Below the pieces are notes generated by a model. That model did no database searches. It saw only the letters and a list, made by a program, of their open reading frames with translations, and was not told the origin of the DNA. Below are positions 59,081-64,000 of a stretch of 64,000 nucleotides of DNA, in pieces. How positions within the stretch are numbered: the stretch's first letter is position 1; each line of letters begins with the position of its first letter. This DNA is from Sedimentisphaerales bacterium (GTDB taxonomy: Bacteria; Planctomycetota; Phycisphaerae; Sedimentisphaerales; SM23-30). The DNA is taken from positions 96,001-160,000 of the forward strand of contig CAXXFK010000028.1 in assembly GCA_963663965.2 (NCBI GenBank). Direction: 5' to 3'. Position numbers and translations under genes: made by a program.

Positions 59081-60178
59081 TTATTCAGAAATGACTATTC
59101 TAAAGCCGATGGTTTTGTCTCTTAGTATTGGGCTGGCATTGCTTCTATAATCAGATGTGCATTGTTCTGGACCACTTTGCCAGCTTCCGCCTTTGATAAC
59201 TCTGCTACCACCCACTTCAGGTCCGGCCGGGTCTTGGATAATGCTAATAGGGGGCCATGGCTCGGCTTTATACCAGTCTTTGCACCATTCCCAGGCATTG
59301 CCATACATGTCATACAGGCCATATAGGTTTGGCTTTTTGCTGCCAACCTTTTGTGAACTCAGCATATATCTATTGTTATACCAGGCGAAATCCTGCAGCA
59401 TGGTTTGCTCTGTCCCAAAGAACCATTTATCGAATTCAGAGGCTCCTCTGGAGGCTATTTCCCATTGTAGTTCAGTTGGCAAGCTATATCTGATACCATC
59501 AAAGTCGCTAAGCCATTTACAGAACTTCAATATATCGTCATAGTTGACCATTACCACAGGTTTATCAAGGTCATTAAATGTATAATCTTCACTTAATTGG
59601 TAGCAATTGTAATTGTCTAAGATCAATGGTCTGGTTTCAGGCTCAATTTCCGATATATTAGTAACTTTAGGGTTAAAGTTCTTAGTGTTGTTCAGATAAT
59701 CAAGATATTGTCCCAGTGTTATCTCTGTCCTGCTTATCCAGAATCCTTTGGAGAGGACAAGGGTTACCTGTTTGTTCCTTGGCATCATTCCAGTTCTATC
59801 AACTACAGTTTTTTCAATTTGACCGTTGGGGACCCAGTTAAAAACAATGCCAGACTTTGCTGTGATTGATATTTCAATGCCATTGTTATAGAGTGTAACA
59901 GCTGTATCTTTGTCAACTTTTGGAATATGGTTAAGCATGTATTGAACGTTACGGCTTTTGTCTTCCAGAAGGCTTTTACAGTAATCTATTGTTGCCAGAT
60001 CGCCGGGAGTGCTGTTTAGTTTATCTGCCTGGTATTTCAATAGTATTTCTAATGGTGGTTGAGATACCTGCCCGAAACAGATATTAAATGAGAGAAATAA
60101 CATAAGGTAAAATGATAGCTGGAAACAGCTGGTTGATAATGTTTTTTTTAATATATGGTCCATAATATTACACCGCAA
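59081..60178 (-). CDS. Formylglycine-generating enzyme (SUMF1/FGE-sulfatase) domain protein
   Basis: FWISRTEIT..QY, LPTELQWE.A.RG, KPNLYGLYDMYGNAWEWC.DWY, RVIKGGSW, IGFRIV; start uncertain. Confidence 0.9.
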   Translation of the reverse strand: MRCNIMDHILKKTLSTSCFQLSFYLMLFLSFNICFGQVSQPPLEILLKYQADKLNSTPGDLATIDYCKSLLEDKSRNVQYMLNHIPKVDKDTAVTLYNNGIEISITAKSGIVFNWVPNGQIEKTVVDRTGMMPRNKQVTLVLSKGFWISRTEITLGQYLDYLNNTKNFNPKVTNISEIEPETRPLILDNYNCYQLSEDYTFNDLDKPVVMVNYDDILKFCKWLSDFDGIRYSLPTELQWEIASRGASEFDKWFFGTEQTMLQDFAWYNNRYMLSSQKVGSKKPNLYGLYDMYGNAWEWCKDWYKAEPWPPISIIQDPAGPEVGGSRVIKGGSWQSGPEQCTSDYRSNASPILRDKTIGFRIVISE

Positions 60179-60405
60179 TCCTTTTAGTGGTTAATATACC
60201 TGATATTATATTTTATCTATATTTCAAATCAAGGTTTATAGCAGTTTTATGTAGTTTAAGTTGAATACTGAACCTGACCGATACTAATTAAGTAGAAATA
60301 TAAGATATATGATTATACAAAACGGTATGGTACGGTATTTGCTTTAAGTATAATTATGAATGTGTGCTAGTGTAAGTTATTTATTTCTAATTATTTATAT
60401 ATATT

Positions 60406-63135
60406 ATGGCTGAAAAGAAAACACAAAAACGTATAAAAAAGAAAGAACAACCTGCGGAAAAGTCAGAAATAGAAGTATCTGATGCGACTGAACCTGCCAT
60501 TGAGGCAGATGCCGCTAAGAAAGATTCTGAAACTAACCAGGGATCTGTGAAAAAAGAACCAGATTTTGATATTTTTAATATGACATGTCAGGTTGACACT
60601 TCAGATAGTGATATTGAAGATGTTGATATTTCTAAAAATGTTATCGAAAATGGTAATATCACTGCAGTTGTAGTGAAAAAAGATATGTCTCTTGCTGCAA
60701 AGAAAAACGAAGATAAAGAAAATGCAGAAAGCGGCGTAGATGATCATATAGATGATATCCACAGATATGTTATTCCATCTCGAATTGGTATTATGGCATT
60801 GCGAAATGTTGTTCTGTTTCCGGGCATAGTCGTGCCGTTGGGGGTAGGCAGGCCGCAAAGTCAGGCATTGCTCAAAGAACTTGATGCACAACCTGGTACC
60901 GATAAGGTTTTTGCTGTCGTTACTCAGGTTGATCCTGATATTGACAATCCCGGCTTTGATGATGTCTATGCTGTTGGTACAATTGTGGCTGTATTAAAAA
61001 CTATCAATATGCCGGATGGTAATAAGACAGTAGTAGTTCATGGTCTGATGAGATTCAGGGTCAAAAACTGGATTACCAGCGAGCCTTATCTTCAGGCTGA
61101 AATTGAACCATTGCCGCCAAAGAGAAATGATAAGTCATTGGAACTGGAAGCCCAGATAAATAATGTCAATAATATGGCTGAGAGAATTCTGCAGCTATCG
61201 CCTAATATTCCGGAAGAAGTTCAGGTTATTATGCAGAATATTGATGATCCAGGGCCATTGGCCGATTTTCTGGCGGGTAATATCCATTTCTCTCAGGAAG
61301 AGAAACAGGGGGTATTGGAAGCAATCGAAATCAAGTCCAGGCTTAATAAACTTTCTGTCGCTATGGCAAACCAGCTGGAGATGCTGGAACTGAGTGAGAA
61401 GATCCAGAGCAAGGTTCATCAGGCGATCGACAAGAACCAGCGTGAATATTATCTGCAGGAGCAGTTAAAAGCTATTCAGAAAGAGCTGGGACAGGATGAT
61501 GGCAGCTCTTCAGAGGTTATTGAGCTGGAAGAAAAGATCCGTACTGCCTGTATGCCTCAGAAGGTTGAACAGGAAGCAGAACGTGAGCTTCAGAGATTAC
61601 GCCAGATACCGGTGATGAGCCCAGAGTTCAGCGTTTTAAGTAATTATTTGGAATGGCTGTGTGAATTGCCTTGGTCAGAGAGCACCGAAGATAATTTGAA
61701 TATTACCAGGGCCAGACGTGTTCTGAATGCCGACCATTTTGGACTGCATAAGGTAAAGAAACGTATCTTAGAATTTCTGGCCGTGCGCAAGCTTAATCCG
61801 GAAGGAAGAAGTCCTATTCTTTGTTTTGCCGGCCCTCCAGGTGTTGGTAAAACATCTCTTGGCCAGAGTATTGCCAAGAGTATGGGGCGAAAATTCATTA
61901 GAATGTCGCTTGGCGGCATAAGAGATGAAGCAGATATTCGTGGACATAGAAGGACATATATTGGTTCTCTGCCGGGCAGGATAATGCAGGAGATTCGTAA
62001 GTGCGGTAGTAATAATCCGGTATTTATGCTGGATGAGCTGGATAAGATCGGAGCTGATTTCAGGGGTGACCCGGCATCTGCTCTGCTGGAGGTACTCGAC
62101 CCGCAGCAGAATAATACATTTACAGATCACTTTATCGATCAGCCTTTTGACCTGTCGCGTGTTATGTTCATTGGAACAGCAAACTATATGGAAGCTGTTC
62201 CGCACGCTCTAAAGGACAGGCTTGAAGTTATTTATATACCTGGCTATACAGCACAGGAAAAACTTAATATCGCCAGAAAGTATCTGGTTCCTCGTCAGAT
62301 GAAGGAAAATGGTCTGAATGACAAGACCTTTGACATTAAGGATGAGGCTCTTGAGAAAGTTATTGATAAGTATACCAGGGAGTCTGGTGTGCGTAACCTT
62401 GAGAGAGAGATTGCGACCGTCTGTCGTTCGGTTGCTGCTGAGATAGCTGAAGAGAAGAGAAAGTCTGCTAAGATCGGCATACGCCATATTGCAGATATTC
62501 TTGGCCCGGAACGCTACGAATCAGAAGTTGCCCTGCGTACCAGTACTCCTGGTGTTTGTACCGGGCTTGCATACACTCCGGTTGGTGGTGAGATATTATT
62601 TATCGAGTCTACCTTGTTGCCGGGTAAAGGTCAGCTGATACTTACCGGACAGCTTGGCGATGTCATGAAAGAGTCTGCTCGTGCAGCTTTGAGTTTCCTT
62701 AAGAGTATGGCACTGGATGCCAAGGCCAGAAGAGTTGAGCCATTTGCTACACTTAAGGATATTCTATGCGATACAGAGACAATGGACCGTAGAGACATCC
62801 ATGTGCATGTGCCGGCTGGCGCGGTGCCAAAGGATGGGCCATCGGCTGGTTTAGCTATGTTTACTTCTATTGCTTCTTTGCTTACCGGAATACCTGTTCG
62901 CAGCGATGTTGCCATGACAGGTGAGATAACACTACGAGGACTTGCTATGCCAATCGGCGGCTTAAAGGAAAAACTGCTGGCCGCTAAAGAAGCTGGTATC
63001 AAAACTGTGATCTTGCCAGAGCGGAATAAAAAGGACCTGGCTGAAGTGCCGAAAGAGGTCACTAAGTCCCTGATCTTCCATTTTGTGAAAAATGCAGACC
63101 AGGTACTGAAGCTTGCTTTAGATATGGATAAGTAG
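60406..63135 (+). CDS. lon: ATP-dependent Lon protease
   Basis: LRNVVLFPG, QREYYLQEQL, GPPGVGKTSLG, DEADIRGHRRTYIG, PKDGPSAG (catalytic Ser), IGGLKEK. Confidence 0.97.
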   Translation: MAEKKTQKRIKKKEQPAEKSEIEVSDATEPAIEADAAKKDSETNQGSVKKEPDFDIFNMTCQVDTSDSDIEDVDISKNVIENGNITAVVVKKDMSLAAKKNEDKENAESGVDDHIDDIHRYVIPSRIGIMALRNVVLFPGIVVPLGVGRPQSQALLKELDAQPGTDKVFAVVTQVDPDIDNPGFDDVYAVGTIVAVLKTINMPDGNKTVVVHGLMRFRVKNWITSEPYLQAEIEPLPPKRNDKSLELEAQINNVNNMAERILQLSPNIPEEVQVIMQNIDDPGPLADFLAGNIHFSQEEKQGVLEAIEIKSRLNKLSVAMANQLEMLELSEKIQSKVHQAIDKNQREYYLQEQLKAIQKELGQDDGSSSEVIELEEKIRTACMPQKVEQEAERELQRLRQIPVMSPEFSVLSNYLEWLCELPWSESTEDNLNITRARRVLNADHFGLHKVKKRILEFLAVRKLNPEGRSPILCFAGPPGVGKTSLGQSIAKSMGRKFIRMSLGGIRDEADIRGHRRTYIGSLPGRIMQEIRKCGSNNPVFMLDELDKIGADFRGDPASALLEVLDPQQNNTFTDHFIDQPFDLSRVMFIGTANYMEAVPHALKDRLEVIYIPGYTAQEKLNIARKYLVPRQMKENGLNDKTFDIKDEALEKVIDKYTRESGVRNLEREIATVCRSVAAEIAEEKRKSAKIGIRHIADILGPERYESEVALRTSTPGVCTGLAYTPVGGEILFIESTLLPGKGQLILTGQLGDVMKESARAALSFLKSMALDAKARRVEPFATLKDILCDTETMDRRDIHVHVPAGAVPKDGPSAGLAMFTSIASLLTGIPVRSDVAMTGEITLRGLAMPIGGLKEKLLAAKEAGIKTVILPERNKKDLAEVPKEVTKSLIFHFVKNADQVLKLALDMDK

Positions 63136-63190
63136 GCATACTAACATCTGCTAATTTCTGGCAATTTAACTAGTTTATAGCTTTAAAATG

Positions 63191-63223
63191 AAAAAGTCCC
63201 TGTTTTTGGCAGGGACTTTTTTT
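63191..63223. terminator. Bidirectional terminator
   Basis: AAAAAGTCCCTG-TTTTTGG-CAGGGACTTTTTTT. Confidence 0.85.
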
Positions 63224-63244
63224 TGTAGTAATAAAGATGCAGTT

Positions 63245-64000
63245 TTAAAGTGTCTGTTGTTCTGTTCTCATGATGATCTCATTTTGCAGACCTTCGCCAA
63301 GTCCGACAAAGTAGTCACTATAGCCGGCAACTCTGACAATCAGATCGCGATACTGGTCTGGACTTTTTTGTGCCTTTCTTAGTGTTTCTGCATTGATCAC
63401 ATTAAATTGAATATGGTGACCTTTCATCTGGAAATAGCTTCTGATCAAAGGCATAAGTTTTTCGATATTGCCATTTTCAAATATCTGTGGACTGAACTTC
63501 ATATTCAGCAGGGTGCCGCCAGTTCTACAGTGGTCAATCCTGGCCGCTGATTTAATTACAGCTGTAGGTCCTTGCCTGTCAGATCCCTGGGTTGGCGATA
63601 TGCCGTCAGAAAGTGCTACGCCAGCCTTACGGCCATTTGGCAGGGCACCGGTAACTTCGCCAAAGTAGATGTGACAGGTTGTTGGCAGCAGGTTAACGCC
63701 GTATTTGCCGCCTTTTGTATTAGGCCTGCCATTGAAGGCATTGTAATAAACTTCAAACAGGTCCTGGGTAATAGAATCTGCTTCCGCATCATCATTACCA
63801 TAGCAAGGAGTTTTATTGAGCAGCGTCTGTCTCATGATCTCGTTACCTTCGAAATCCTCTGAGAGTGCTTTTCTCAGTTCAGCCATAGTCCATTTTTTGT
63901 CTTCAAAGATATGAGTCTTAATGGCACTGAAGCAGTCAGTTGCAATGCCAAGTCCAACACCCTGAATATAAGACATATTATAGCGAGGGCCACCATTATG
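63245..64000 (-). CDS. Glycyl-radical enzyme, C-terminal part (PFL2/HypD-like); runs off the window edge
   Basis: RYNMSYIQGVG, LLPTTCHIYFG, GTLLNMKF, HHIQFNV, LIVRVAGYS (glycyl radical loop). Confidence 0.9.
   Translation of the reverse strand, partial: HNGGPRYNMSYIQGVGLGIATDCFSAIKTHIFEDKKWTMAELRKALSEDFEGNEIMRQTLLNKTPCYGNDDAEADSITQDLFEVYYNAFNGRPNTKGGKYGVNLLPTTCHIYFGEVTGALPNGRKAGVALSDGISPTQGSDRQGPTAVIKSAARIDHCRTGGTLLNMKFSPQIFENGNIEKLMPLIRSYFQMKGHHIQFNVINAETLRKAQKSPDQYRDLIVRVAGYSDYFVGLGEGLQNEIIMRTEQQTL

Noticed and set aside
3996..63862. Numerous 60-145-aa ORFs nested in or antisense to long genes
   Set aside because: Shadow ORFs of well-supported CDSs with no independent motifs.
1..64000. 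CRISPR array, tRNA/rRNA, IS/transposase, integrase or prophage genes
   Set aside because: No regularly spaced direct repeats, cloverleaf or recognisable mobile-element protein seen by eye.

Overview
AT-rich bacterial DNA whose gene content (Rhodopirellula/Verrucomicrobium-type ECF sigma + FecR pairs, N-methylation/H-X9-DG prepilin-like proteins, PEP-CTERM proteins, many LamG/Ig/dockerin-like secreted proteins) points to a planctomycete, probably Phycisphaerae/Sedimentisphaerales (inference). Bases 38-995 are a gene-free, spacer-less inverted repeat with ~480-bp arms that are ~89% complementary. It is either a giant hairpin/cruciform element or a fold-back assembly artefact. From 1.5 to 38.4 kb lies a PUL-like glycan-utilisation island with no SusC/SusD: 3 ECF/FecR pairs, GH97, 2x GH2, GH105, GH43, an FAD oxidoreductase and LamG-Ig proteins with a shared half-dockerin C-terminal tag, plus a shared candidate ECF promoter and clear domain shuffling. 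At 39-48.6 kb a 2930-aa dockerin-bearing surface protein with a thrombospondin-C-like domain is followed directly by a small cohesin-like PEP-CTERM protein, a candidate cell-surface docking system. The rest is mostly housekeeping (zwf, dUTPase, asnS, rarA, lon, a glycyl-radical enzyme). Several single-base frameshifts suggest a long-read assembly with residual indel errors. All calls come from reading the sequence and recalled motifs; no searches were run.
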